The notes beneath the pieces were generated by a model. It was not told where the DNA came from. It saw nothing but the letters and a program-made list of their open reading frames with translations, and ran no database searches. This document shows positions 1 to 10,084 of a stretch of DNA of 64,000 bases, in pieces. Both the position numbers and the translations under genes were made by a program. This DNA comes from Candidatus Levybacteria bacterium RIFCSPHIGHO2_01_FULL_41_15. Its GTDB lineage: Bacteria; Patescibacteriota; Microgenomatia; Levybacterales; UBA12049. Positions within the stretch are counted from its first letter, which is position 1. Each line of letters begins with the position of its first letter. The stretch spans positions 545-64,544 of the forward strand of contig MFNV01000005.1 of the NCBI GenBank assembly GCA_001782165.1, read 5' to 3'.

Positions 1-958
1 GCAGCCACTTCTCTCCTAATACAATAAGAATAATCTCTCTTGGAAAAAGGAATAGTATTGTAGAAAGAATTAGACTTAAAATAGATATTACTCCAATCGT
101 TTTAAAAAACGCTGCTTTTAATCTTTGTTTATCTCCCCCAATAATTGAATAAACAGGAAAAACAACCCTATTAAATACGTCCGAGATCTCAGACAAAGGA
201 ATTATTGAAATTTTATAGGCCATTTGATAAACGCCTAAGATAGGTGCTCCTAAAAGTCTTCCGACCATAATGCTGTCCCCTTCTTGAGCTAAATAATTAA
301 AAACACCATACGCTGTAACCCACTTTCCTTTATGCAGGATTTCTGAAATATAAGCTCTTTGAAAGTTAATCCCGGGAGTTGGTTTGATTATGAAGAAAGA
401 TACTAATACTTCAAGAACCGCCCCGGCCAGAAGTCCCCATATAAGACTGTAAACCGAGTGTGTAAGCAGGGCAAAAATTATTGCGACAGTTGCATCGACT
501 ATAAATATAGACGACCTAAGCCAAAATTCATTTTTAAAATTTAGTTCTTTTTGAAACTTAACTATCATAGGATTTATGAATCCACGAATTAAAGGTACTA
601 AGCTAATTAAAATTAATATAGTAAGAGATTTAGAAGAATTAAAAAAAGATGAAATAAATGGAGAAGAAATTAAAATTAAAAGGGCAATTAGAACACCTCT
701 GGCAATTGAGACCACCCATGCAGAGTCGATATTTTTTTTTATATCTTCTTTTGACTGAATTAAAAAAACATTTACTCCGGTTTCTGTAAGAAGTTCAAGC
801 AGTGCGAGGGTAATTGAAGCTATCCCAAAAATTCCAAAGTCAGACGGACTAAGCACTCTTGCCAATATGGCAATCTTTAAAAAAGAAAATAGCCGAGTTA
901 CAAGTCTAAAGGCAGACATCCAAGACACACCTTTTATTGCTCTTTTCGTGTAGCCCAT
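1..958 (-). CDS. Partial (5' part in window) polysaccharide flippase, Wzx/MOP-PST family; the C-terminus lies beyond the window start
   Basis: The reverse-strand ATG at 958 gives MGYTKRAIKGVSWMSAFRLVTRLFSFLKIAILARVLSPSDFGIFGIASITLALLELLTETGVNVF.... This is an N-terminal motif typical of O-antigen/teichoic-acid flippases. The frame stays open and hydrophobic to position 1. It is absent from the ORF track because no stop codon falls inside the window. Confidence 0.55.
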   Translation of the reverse strand, partial: MGYTKRAIKGVSWMSAFRLVTRLFSFLKIAILARVLSPSDFGIFGIASITLALLELLTETGVNVFLIQSKEDIKKNIDSAWVVSIARGVLIALLILISSPFISSFFNSSKSLTILILISLVPLIRGFINPMIVKFQKELNFKNEFWLRSSIFIVDATVAIIFALLTHSVYSLIWGLLAGAVLEVLVSFFIIKPTPGINFQRAYISEILHKGKWVTAYGVFNYLAQEGDSIMVGRLLGAPILGVYQMAYKISIIPLSEISDVFNRVVFPVYSIIGGDKQRLKAAFFKTIGVISILSLILSTILFLFPREIILIVLGEKWL

Positions 959-1014
959 AAATATTATTGAAATTATATCATCTTTTGATCTATAATTGAT
1001 CAAACTTTTATCTA

Positions 1015-2244
1015 ATGAGTACAGTCAATGTTGCGATTAAAGGATGCAGAGCGTGCTATTCCAAAAGACTACTTAACGTTATTTCATTTGGTAACCTATA
1101 TCTTTCTGATTTTTTGAAAACTAATAAAAAACCGCCAAAGTACCCACTGGCACTGGTTTTATGTCAGAACTGTTCTCTTCTTCAACTTAGACATACAACT
1201 CCACCCTCCCTACTTTATACCGATAATTACGGATACAAATCCGGAATTAACCAAACGATGAAGGATCACCTAAAAGAAATTGTTTTAGTCTCTTTAAGAA
1301 AATTAGGAAAAAGAAAAAATAAAATAATAGCGGTTGATATTGGCGCAAATGATGGAACGCTTGTTTCCTTTTACCCAAAAAATGTTTATAAGATAGGGAT
1401 AGAACCAATTAAAAAACTTGCCAAGGAGTGTAAAGACTATTCGGATATAGTTATAAATGATTATTTTAACTACCCCTCATATAAAAAGTACTTAGGCAAT
1501 AAAAAAGCCAACATTATTACTGCTATTTCCTGTTTTTACGATATAGCTAATCCAAACAAGTTTTTGCACGACATTACAAAAATTCTAAAAGAGGACGGTA
1601 TTTTTGTTATTCAGCAAAATTATTTAAAATCAATGCTTGAGCAAAATGCGTTCGATAATGTTGTTCATGAACATCTTGAATATTATTCTCTGCTGTCACT
1701 TCAAAACTTACTAAAAAAACATAATCTTGAGGTTTTTAATGTGGAAGTAAACGAGATAAATGGAGGAAGCTTTAGAACATACATATGCTTTAGGAAAAAA
1801 AAACCTATTTCAGAATCCGTTAAAAATCTTCTAATGACTGAGAAAAGGCTTAATTTTGATAGAAAAACAATTTATAAAGAGTTTGCAAAGAGGGTGAAGG
1901 AAAATAAAAACATTCTGAAAAAATTTATAAAAACCGAAATCAAGAAGGGAAAGAAAATATATGTTTATGGAGCATCAACAAGAGGAAATACTCTTTTTCA
2001 GTATTTTAAATTAAATAAAAAATTGATTCCTTATGCAGTTGAGAGAAATCCAGAGAAATGGGGTAAAAAAATAGCATCAGTAGGAATCCCCATCATTTCA
2101 GAACAACAGGCAAGAAAAGATAAACCTGATTACATGCTTGTTTTGCCTTGGTTCTTTAAAGAGGAATTTTTAAAAAGGGAAAAAGAATATCTTGAAAAAG
2201 GCGGACATCTTATCTTTCCCTTACCTCAGCTTGAAATCATTTAA
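1015..2244 (+). CDS. SAM-dependent methyltransferase with an N-terminal Cys4 zinc ribbon and a C-terminal C-methyltransferase-like domain (a sugar C-methyltransferase-like architecture)
   Basis: N-terminus has C-R-A-C ... C-Q-N-C. It is followed by a Rossmann-type methyltransferase signature (VDIGANDGTLV) and a C-terminal domain. The architecture resembles TylCIII/NovU-type NDP-sugar C-methyltransferases. Confidence 0.5.
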   Translation: MSTVNVAIKGCRACYSKRLLNVISFGNLYLSDFLKTNKKPPKYPLALVLCQNCSLLQLRHTTPPSLLYTDNYGYKSGINQTMKDHLKEIVLVSLRKLGKRKNKIIAVDIGANDGTLVSFYPKNVYKIGIEPIKKLAKECKDYSDIVINDYFNYPSYKKYLGNKKANIITAISCFYDIANPNKFLHDITKILKEDGIFVIQQNYLKSMLEQNAFDNVVHEHLEYYSLLSLQNLLKKHNLEVFNVEVNEINGGSFRTYICFRKKKPISESVKNLLMTEKRLNFDRKTIYKEFAKRVKENKNILKKFIKTEIKKGKKIYVYGASTRGNTLFQYFKLNKKLIPYAVERNPEKWGKKIASVGIPIISEQQARKDKPDYMLVLPWFFKEEFLKREKEYLEKGGHLIFPLPQLEII

Positions 2245-2963
2245 TTAATAAAACGATTAAATCTTATAGATAAAACAAAAAAGAGCGACCGAAATAGTTC
2301 TTTTATATCAACATTTGACTTACCCTCTTTTTTCACACTGACCGTTATTGGCACTTCTGTTACTCTAAATCCATTCTTATCTAACAGAAAGAGTGTCTCC
2401 GAAAGAGTTATAAAACCATTAGACCTTATTTTACTTTTACATAAAAATTCTGTAGATTTTCTGTTATACATCCTAAATCCTCCGGTAAAATCGCTAAGCT
2501 TGATGTTCAACCAAAATCGTAAAAATAAATTGATTATTCTGCTTAGAATTATTCTGCTTAAAACTATATTTATTGTTTTGCCTCCCTCTATATAACGAGA
2601 CCCTATTACTACATCACATTTCCCCGTCATTATCTTATTTAAAAATCGTGGCATCTGGCTAGGATTATGAGCCAAATCAGAATCAATTTCAAAAAAATAT
2701 TTTATATTTTTATTTTTAAACGCCTCTTTAAACCCTTCCATAACAGCGCTCCCCCTTCCCAATTTTTTAAATCTAAAGATAATTTTTACATTCTTATAAT
2801 TTTTTAATAGAGACTTAATTTTATGTGCTTCTTTTTTGGGAGAATCATCAATGATTATTGTCAATGAGTCTGGAAGAATATTTTTTATTTTCAGTACAAG
2901 AGCCTTAATATTTTTCTCAGATTCCCTATAGGAAGGTACAATTACTGCTGTATTTTTATCCAT
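2241..2963 (-). CDS. GT2 family glycosyltransferase, polyprenol-phosphate sugar transferase-like (DPM1-like)
   Basis: AVIVPSYRE...IIIDDSP...DSD motifs of GT-A fold GT2 enzymes. The short ~240-aa size is typical of Dpm1/GtrB-like proteins. Confidence 0.7.
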   Translation of the reverse strand: MDKNTAVIVPSYRESEKNIKALVLKIKNILPDSLTIIIDDSPKKEAHKIKSLLKNYKNVKIIFRFKKLGRGSAVMEGFKEAFKNKNIKYFFEIDSDLAHNPSQMPRFLNKIMTGKCDVVIGSRYIEGGKTINIVLSRIILSRIINLFLRFWLNIKLSDFTGGFRMYNRKSTEFLCKSKIRSNGFITLSETLFLLDKNGFRVTEVPITVSVKKEGKSNVDIKELFRSLFFVLSIRFNRFIN

Positions 2964-5527
2964 TATTTTTCAATTTTTTCAAAAAAAGAAATATTAGGAA
3001 TAAAGATAAGTCCTGATATATAATAATCGAATTCGCTATTAATTAAATTAAAATATTTAAAATCAGGTTTAAATTCGGCAGCTTCAACATAATTTCTTCC
3101 CATTTTTTCAATAATATCCCTTTTCTCTGATTTCTTAAGATATTTAGCTTCTATTTCGCTATTAGTTAAAACTACAACTTCGGGAAAATTGTCAGTTTGA
3201 GAATTAATAATCTGATAGCTAAAGTTGGTAGCTTGAATATTGTTATATTGAGCTAAGTAAAACTCCCTTAGGACTATATCTGGTAAAAACTGGTATATCG
3301 GTATATTTTCAATTCCAATCGTAACTTTTTTGGGAATATTAGCAATCAGCCATTTTGATGATTCCACTCTTGGATCGGGGTTCAATCTTACCGTTACCCA
3401 AGACAACGATTCAAACATTTGAAACCCCATAAGCAAAATAAAGACTATTAGGATTGGATATTTAAGAAGATGACTTTTTATAAATTTATAAATTCTGACA
3501 TAAACCACTAATTGAATTAAAACAATAAAAGGAAGTAAAACAAGTGTCCTATTTGATGCTGCTCCAATCTTAAGAGGAATAAAACTTAAAGCAAAAAAAA
3601 TAAAAAACAAAAGTGTTAAAATGTTGATTCGATTTTTAAAAATTGACTTAAAATAAAATAAGGTACCTGTAATTAGAGACAACAAGAATCCAAAATATAA
3701 AACGCGCCCAAAAGTTACTGGGTATATTTTATACAAAAGGACTTGGGCATAATTCATCCCAATATTATAAATATCAGAAGTTGTCTCTGGTGTTCGAAAA
3801 AGATTGGACTGAAGATACTCTAAAATGTTTCCCTTACCTAAGATTAAGTCAGGTACACCAAACAATAGAAAGGTAGCTAAAAAAATAAATAATCCCAAGA
3901 AAAGTTGAGAAATATATTTTTTATAATTAGGCGTGAAAATCAAAAAAGTTACTATGTACAAGAGGATAAGTGGGATTGCGCTTAATTTAGTTGAGAGAGA
4001 CAGCCCTGAAAAAAATCCTGCCAGTAAAAAATTGCTCGTGTTTGGATTCACTGTATATCTTAAGAAAAACAAAAATGATAAAAGAACCCAAAACAATAGG
4101 GCTATGTCATATTTAAAATAATTATTTAAAATTAACCAAAGAGGGTTGAAGATAAATAAAAAGGAAACCAAAAAAGGGTTTAGTTTAAAATATTTTTTTG
4201 ACATATAAGCAAGAACTAAGATGCAAAAAACTCCAAATAAAATCGTGTTTGATCTTAAAATAATAAAAAGATTTTCCTGAAGCTCCATATCCGTAACAGA
4301 CGATTTTATGTTAAAGGGATTTATAATTCCCAGTAGATAAAAGGGGATTAGATAAATTCCTGTTAGAAAAAACTGGAATATAGATCCGTTTGCTCCTCCG
4401 GGCATATTAGGTGTTCCATGCCTAAAAAGATTTCTGACAGCCTGGGATTGGTGCCACTCATCCATAAAGTAGGTAAAGGGATGATTTTTGTTTGGAATAC
4501 CAACCGGCATCATCAAAAGTTCGAGAATTATGAAAATGACAAGCAACAAAATTAGAACTTTATTCCTTTTTACTAGAGAAAGAATGTTTATTTGACTTCC
4601 TCTTTTTACAAAACCAGCTGTAGTTCCCGAAATTGCCGCAATATCGGATGTGAATTGAAGCAAAGGAAGATAAGAAAATCCTAAAATGTGCTTAACGTAT
4701 TTATAATTTTTAATTATTGTCCATAAAATGTATGAGATAAATAAAATAATTGAAAAGATTAACAAAGGAGTTGACTTTTCAATAATATTTAAGGGAATCA
4801 AGTAAAGACCTATTAGATATCTTAGGAAAATTAAAAAAACCTTCGGCCTTATAATTTCTGCTTCTATATCACCTAGTGCAAATCTGAAAAACATTACAAA
4901 TGATTCTTTTAAATTTTTTCTTGGAATCCAATTAACTATTGCATTCTTTTGAAATTTGATTTTTGCTCCCAATTTTTTTAACTTAAAAGCGAAATCGTAA
5001 TCTTCATTATGAGATAAATTTTCATTAAATCCTCCAGCTTTCCTCCATACGAACTTCTTAAAAGCCATAGAACGAGTAGTGGGAAGAAAATTTTTAGGAT
5101 CGACTTTATCGGGCATAACCAAAACATAAGGAGTAAGTGATTTTTGAAATATATTTTTATATAAACCCTTGTAGTATCCTGCGACTACATCGACCTTCGG
5201 ATCTAAAAATGGTTGCGTAATATTTCTAATCCAATTTTTATCCAAAGTGCATCCTGAATCTGTCGATAGAATTATACTTCCTGAGGATCTACTTATACCA
5301 AAGTTTCTCCCTGTAGATCTATTTCCCTTTTTTTCAAATAATTTAACATTAAGCTTTTTTTTATATTCAATGATTTTCCCTTTAATTCTTTCTATCGTTC
5401 TGTCTGTACTACCACCGTCAATGATAACTATTTCATCAGGGATTTTTGTTTGTTTAGAGATTGAATCAATTAGCTGTCCACTAGAGTTTTCTTCGTTAAT
5501 AACAGTTATGACAAGAGATGATTTCAT
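2963..5527 (-). CDS. Fusion protein: N-terminal GT2 domain plus a large polytopic GT-C-like (PMT/ArnT-like) membrane domain
   Basis: N-terminus VITVINEENS...VIIDGGSTDRT...DSGC has the GT2 signature. After it come more than 12 predicted TM helices and an MDEWHQ loop motif that resembles the DE-motif loop of GT39/GT83 enzymes. Confidence 0.5.
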   Translation of the reverse strand: MKSSLVITVINEENSSGQLIDSISKQTKIPDEIVIIDGGSTDRTIERIKGKIIEYKKKLNVKLFEKKGNRSTGRNFGISRSSGSIILSTDSGCTLDKNWIRNITQPFLDPKVDVVAGYYKGLYKNIFQKSLTPYVLVMPDKVDPKNFLPTTRSMAFKKFVWRKAGGFNENLSHNEDYDFAFKLKKLGAKIKFQKNAIVNWIPRKNLKESFVMFFRFALGDIEAEIIRPKVFLIFLRYLIGLYLIPLNIIEKSTPLLIFSIILFISYILWTIIKNYKYVKHILGFSYLPLLQFTSDIAAISGTTAGFVKRGSQINILSLVKRNKVLILLLVIFIILELLMMPVGIPNKNHPFTYFMDEWHQSQAVRNLFRHGTPNMPGGANGSIFQFFLTGIYLIPFYLLGIINPFNIKSSVTDMELQENLFIILRSNTILFGVFCILVLAYMSKKYFKLNPFLVSFLFIFNPLWLILNNYFKYDIALLFWVLLSFLFFLRYTVNPNTSNFLLAGFFSGLSLSTKLSAIPLILLYIVTFLIFTPNYKKYISQLFLGLFIFLATFLLFGVPDLILGKGNILEYLQSNLFRTPETTSDIYNIGMNYAQVLLYKIYPVTFGRVLYFGFLLSLITGTLFYFKSIFKNRINILTLLFFIFFALSFIPLKIGAASNRTLVLLPFIVLIQLVVYVRIYKFIKSHLLKYPILIVFILLMGFQMFESLSWVTVRLNPDPRVESSKWLIANIPKKVTIGIENIPIYQFLPDIVLREFYLAQYNNIQATNFSYQIINSQTDNFPEVVVLTNSEIEAKYLKKSEKRDIIEKMGRNYVEAAEFKPDFKYFNLINSEFDYYISGLIFIPNISFFEKIEK

Positions 5528-5574
5528 ATTTGATTGATTGAAATTATAGCATCTTCTGGATTAAAATACTGTCA

Positions 5575-7422
5575 GTGTCCCAATATTTAACTAATATTTA
5601 TACTTCTTTGACTTTTTTAAAAAATGACTTTGTCAGCATTAATTTCGATATTTTAATACTTTATAACTTATTAATTAACATCTTTATATCACTTGGGCTT
5701 ATTGCCGTTTTTTATTTACTCGGATCTAAAATAAAAAACATTATTTTCAAAAAAGAAAATTTTTCAGAACAAAACATCTTTATCAAAATTGCATTCGGAT
5801 ACATATTTATAGGAAGCGGATTGGCAATAATTGGTTTCTTTTCTCTTTTGTATTCTTCGATAATAACCTTATATTTACTATTGTGTGTTTTGTTGGCTCT
5901 TTTACCCATAAATTCCTTTAGAAATAAAGGAATCGAATTAAGCAGATTTGTAAAAGAGTTATATAGAGATTTCAAAATTCACAAATGGATATTTATATGG
6001 ATAACACTATTTATTTTTATAGGCTTTTTAAAACTTCAGTCACCGGAGATTCGAGAAGACCAGTATCACACAGATCTCCCAGTACAATATCTTAAAAACC
6101 ATTCAATAATGCTACCTTCAAAAGAACAAATTATGGTTTCTGCAAGTCCTCAGCTTTCGGAAATGAGCTATTTAATAGCTATATTTTTAGGATCTAAAGA
6201 AGCAGCAAGATATATTCACTTTATTTTTTACATATTAGTCTTGCTGTTATTATATTCACTATCAAAAGATAAAAAATATAAATTTGCGATAATAGCTCCC
6301 TTAATATTTGCAACTGCGCCCGAAGTAATGCGAGAAACTTCATCCCAATATAGTGACTTTCAGTGGATTTTTCTTTTTTTACTCGCGGTATTTATATTAA
6401 TTAAAAACAAATTAAGTATGACTAGCATATTTATTGCTGGAGTTATTATTGGCGCTATGATTTCGACTAAGCTATGGACGATTGCGTTTCTGATTACTCT
6501 AATTTTTTATTTAATTGTTAAAAATTACAAGTCAAAAATTATTCAGATTAAATCAATTCTATTTTTTACTATATCATCTGTCATTATTCCTTCTGTCTGG
6601 TTTCTAAGATCATATATTTTAACCGGTAATCCTGTGTATCCTGCGTTTTCAAATAAGGAGTTGCTGGAGGGATCCATTAACTTTGGGATACTCAATTATT
6701 TTAAGTTTAATTTTGTAATGTTTGGGACCCAAAATTTTAAAGTATTTAGTCCAATATTTTTCTTGGGAATTGTTTTTTTGCTTTATAAATTAAGGGGCAA
6801 TATTAAGGATTTGAAAAAAATGAACTTATCAATTTTTTTTATTTTTTTAGCAATTGAGTATATGTTTATAAATTATCCCTACGGAAGATATCTCTTGGGA
6901 CTTTATTCTGTTGCAATAATAATAGCTTCTATAGGTCTGTACCAATTTGTAGTTAAGCATGTATTTTTAAAATATTTAACATCAATAGTTTTATTTTTAT
7001 TATTTTTGTATTACTTTATAAACAGCTTGCTGGTTTTGCCTTACGGAATCGGAATGGCAGATAAAAATAAATATCTAACAAGAACGCTTTCAAAAGACAA
7101 TTCAAGCTATTATGATTTTGGTAGGCAGTTTGATAAGCATATAAGTAAAGATGATCTCGTGGCAACATACGGAGTATTCGGATATTATTATGCAGATTTT
7201 AATTACATCGATATCAATTACATATTTGACAGAAACAGTAGAGATTTTAATTTATTTAAAAAAAGAGGAGTTACCAAGCTTTTTATCAAAGGGGGGGATA
7301 TAAATTACTTTTGTACAAAAATTAATCTAAGAAATTGTAAACTTGAAAATTATGAACTTTTATCGCATTTCTCGGCAATACCATATTCAGCAGCGCAGTA
7401 TTATCTTTATTCGATAAAATGA
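5575..7422 (+). CDS. Polytopic membrane protein, putative GT-C superfamily glycosyltransferase
   Basis: 615 aa with many hydrophobic helices and large loops. Its context is the glycosylation cluster. No specific family motif was recognised with certainty. Confidence 0.35.
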   Translation: MSQYLTNIYTSLTFLKNDFVSINFDILILYNLLINIFISLGLIAVFYLLGSKIKNIIFKKENFSEQNIFIKIAFGYIFIGSGLAIIGFFSLLYSSIITLYLLLCVLLALLPINSFRNKGIELSRFVKELYRDFKIHKWIFIWITLFIFIGFLKLQSPEIREDQYHTDLPVQYLKNHSIMLPSKEQIMVSASPQLSEMSYLIAIFLGSKEAARYIHFIFYILVLLLLYSLSKDKKYKFAIIAPLIFATAPEVMRETSSQYSDFQWIFLFLLAVFILIKNKLSMTSIFIAGVIIGAMISTKLWTIAFLITLIFYLIVKNYKSKIIQIKSILFFTISSVIIPSVWFLRSYILTGNPVYPAFSNKELLEGSINFGILNYFKFNFVMFGTQNFKVFSPIFFLGIVFLLYKLRGNIKDLKKMNLSIFFIFLAIEYMFINYPYGRYLLGLYSVAIIIASIGLYQFVVKHVFLKYLTSIVLFLLFLYYFINSLLVLPYGIGMADKNKYLTRTLSKDNSSYYDFGRQFDKHISKDDLVATYGVFGYYYADFNYIDINYIFDRNSRDFNLFKKRGVTKLFIKGGDINYFCTKINLRNCKLENYELLSHFSAIPYSAAQYYLYSIK

Positions 7423-7426
7423 ACAT

Positions 7427-9229
7427 ATGATTGATCCTTACAGAATGGTTTTTGTCAACCTTGTCTCTTCTATCCTTCTATTATCAGGGATACTTATTTA
7501 CAGATACATTTACCCAAAAAGAAAGATAAACCTCTTTATTCTTCTAGCTCTGATATCCATTCTTCCTGTTATAAGCATCTTTAGATCCGGAACATACGAA
7601 AGCGGAGATTTTAATATTCACATTTACAGAATAATGTCTTTCTATGATTCCCTCAGAGAGAGGAATTTGATGCCATCCTGGGCATCGGAACTGAATGCTA
7701 CCTATGGAAATCCGCTTTTTATTTTTAATTACAATCTTCCATATTACTTTATTTCTTTTTTTCATTTCTTAGGCTTAAGTTTTATTACAAGCATGAAGAT
7801 TTATCTTGGTTTAGTTTTTTATTTGTCCGGAATAACTATGTATTTCTTAGTCAAGGAGATAACAAATAGTAAGCTTGGGGCATTTGTTAGCAGCATCTTT
7901 TATCTATTTAGCCCCTATCACCTTATTGACGTCCACTTCAGAGCTACCCTTGGAGAATCTACTATATTTTTTTTGGCTCCCGTGCTCTTCTATTTCATTA
8001 TTAAATTTATTAAAGAACAACGCTTTAAATATTTTGTTATTTGTAGTCTGATTATGGGACTATTATTTCTTGCCCATCCCCTTCTTGCTACCGTATTCTT
8101 AGGAATAGGTATTCTATATATTCTGTTCAGGGATTTAAGAAATAAAAGCTATAAATCTACTTTGCTTCAATTACTTGCCCTACTTGTAGGAGCTACTGCT
8201 TCTATTTATGTTTGGATTTCATTTATTTTATACACGCCGTACATGTTTAAGCTCTCTGTATCTACAGCTGTCAGCGACTTACAGTTTTATCCGTTTACAC
8301 AGCTAATCTTTTCCCCCTGGAGGTATGGCTTATTATTTCAAGGCCCTAAAGGAGAATTAGCGCTCATCATGGGTTATGTCCAAATTTTCGTAATAGCAAT
8401 GTCCATAATTATGATTATCCTTAAAAAAATCCCAAAAAAAATACAATCTGATTATATTTTTTGGATATTCTTATGCATATTTTTCATATTTATGATGCAT
8501 CCATTATCAATATTTATATGGAAATATACTAATTATCAGTTTTTCAACATGGTAATTCCGTATGGACGCTTATCATTGGCAATTAGTTTCTGTATTTCCG
8601 TAATTACAGGGTACTTCACGCTAAGTTTTTCAGATTCTAAAATTAAAAAAAAGTTTATTTATATTCTATTAATAATTACAATAGGATCAACTATTTTAAA
8701 TTGGGGACACCGAAGAGTAATACCGCAAATTAACGATAGTGTTTTACGAAAAAATGTTTGGATTAGCACAATTACTGAGGGGACAACGGCATATTTCTTG
8801 AATAATAAATGGGCAGACATAAATAATTTTTGGTTTTCTGCACTACCGGAGAAACATTTGGAAATTATAAATGGATTAGGTACAGTTCAAGAAATTAAAA
8901 GGACTTCCACAAAACATACTTATATAGTAAATGCTCAGACTCCAATTGAAATTCAAGAAAACACACTCTATTTCCCTGGGTGGTCTTTATCGGTCAACAG
9001 TAAAAATAATTTAATATATCCTGGAAAAAGAGGAGTAATTAATGCAAAACTTCCTGCAGGATTACAAAAGGTCGAGCTCTCCTATAATGATATACCAGTA
9101 TATAGATTCACTAAAATCATAAGCGTATCAACCTTTAGTATTCTCTTAATTGCTTTCGTTTTTTCATTATTTCCTAATATTAAAAGACTAACTGTTTTAT
9201 CTTTCAAAAATTTTACTTCCAAACCATAA
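7427..9229 (+). CDS. Polytopic membrane protein, putative GT-C/YfhO-like glycosyltransferase
   Basis: 600 aa, multi-TM. The predicted start lies 5 nt after the stop of the upstream gene, so the two are probably co-transcribed. Confidence 0.35.
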   Translation: MIDPYRMVFVNLVSSILLLSGILIYRYIYPKRKINLFILLALISILPVISIFRSGTYESGDFNIHIYRIMSFYDSLRERNLMPSWASELNATYGNPLFIFNYNLPYYFISFFHFLGLSFITSMKIYLGLVFYLSGITMYFLVKEITNSKLGAFVSSIFYLFSPYHLIDVHFRATLGESTIFFLAPVLFYFIIKFIKEQRFKYFVICSLIMGLLFLAHPLLATVFLGIGILYILFRDLRNKSYKSTLLQLLALLVGATASIYVWISFILYTPYMFKLSVSTAVSDLQFYPFTQLIFSPWRYGLLFQGPKGELALIMGYVQIFVIAMSIIMIILKKIPKKIQSDYIFWIFLCIFFIFMMHPLSIFIWKYTNYQFFNMVIPYGRLSLAISFCISVITGYFTLSFSDSKIKKKFIYILLIITIGSTILNWGHRRVIPQINDSVLRKNVWISTITEGTTAYFLNNKWADINNFWFSALPEKHLEIINGLGTVQEIKRTSTKHTYIVNAQTPIEIQENTLYFPGWSLSVNSKNNLIYPGKRGVINAKLPAGLQKVELSYNDIPVYRFTKIISVSTFSILLIAFVFSLFPNIKRLTVLSFKNFTSKP

Positions 9230-10084
9230 CATTTCACCGGGTATATAAAATGTCCATGTGCGCTTGAATTTAAAAAATGGCCTAATTGTTTTCATAATGA
9301 TTGAGCGTATAGGATACCTACTCAAAGAATTATCTAAGAGACCGTATGTCGCCACAAATGGATAAATTTTAGTAGCTATGTGCTTAAATCCTGAATGCTT
9401 TGCTAAATAATTCAAGCTTTGATGACTAAAATACTGAATATGCTGTCCCTGCCAGTACCACCAGTTTTTTCCTAATATTTTGCTTGGGAAAGAGCTCATA
9501 TCTCCTGTCCAGATAACAAGCAACCCTCCGGGTTTCAAAAGTTTACTAATATGCTTCAACTCCTCAACGGGATTTTCGAAATGCTCTATAACACCGAATA
9601 AAGTAATTACATCGTATCGGCCAGAAATTTTTCTTGCCAACTGCTCCAATCTTTCCCTATAAACTCTTATTCCTTTTCTTTTAACAAAATCTGAAGACCA
9701 CCTAGACAGTTCTAATCCTTCAACAGAATATCCAAAATTTCTTGCCTCTTCCAAGAATTCACCAGTTGCACACCCTACATCTAGAATAATACCTGAGCTT
9801 CTATATTTTTTAATAATAGGCAATATTTTTCGAGCAGATACTTTTATTGACTCTGTATAACGAAGATATTGCTTATCAACTACTTCTTCGTAGTTCTTAT
9901 ATATATTCTTGGGAATAGGAGAACAAAATACGTGTGTACATTTTTTACATTTTACAGTTCGAAAAATTTTTCCCGAACATGGTGTCTTTACATAAGTAAA
10001 AGATAATTTCTCAATCTCTACATTTGCAGGATATAATTCAAAGGTGTCTGTAGATCCACAAACAGTACACTTACTCGATTTCAT
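9197..10084 (-). CDS. Class I SAM-dependent methyltransferase with an N-terminal zinc ribbon
   Basis: CTVCGS...CKKCTH zinc ribbon. The motif LDVGCATGEF is methyltransferase motif I. VIEHFENP and LKPGGLL match Methyltransf_11/23-like signatures. Confidence 0.65.
   Translation of the reverse strand: MKSSKCTVCGSTDTFELYPANVEIEKLSFTYVKTPCSGKIFRTVKCKKCTHVFCSPIPKNIYKNYEEVVDKQYLRYTESIKVSARKILPIIKKYRSSGIILDVGCATGEFLEEARNFGYSVEGLELSRWSSDFVKRKGIRVYRERLEQLARKISGRYDVITLFGVIEHFENPVEELKHISKLLKPGGLLVIWTGDMSSFPSKILGKNWWYWQGQHIQYFSHQSLNYLAKHSGFKHIATKIYPFVATYGLLDNSLSRYPIRSIIMKTIRPFFKFKRTWTFYIPGEMLWFGSKIFER

Noticed and set aside
3933-4121. Many 60-130-aa ORFs lying antisense or out of frame inside large genes (for example 3933-4121, 5247-5537, 7544-7765, 15840-16112, 16609-16977, 25111-25926, 26379-27429, 37114-37752, 38125-38634, 46324-46954, 58715-59229)
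   Set aside because: They overlap well-supported long ORFs on the opposite strand or in an alternative frame. They have no RBS and odd composition. They are treated as spurious six-frame artefacts.
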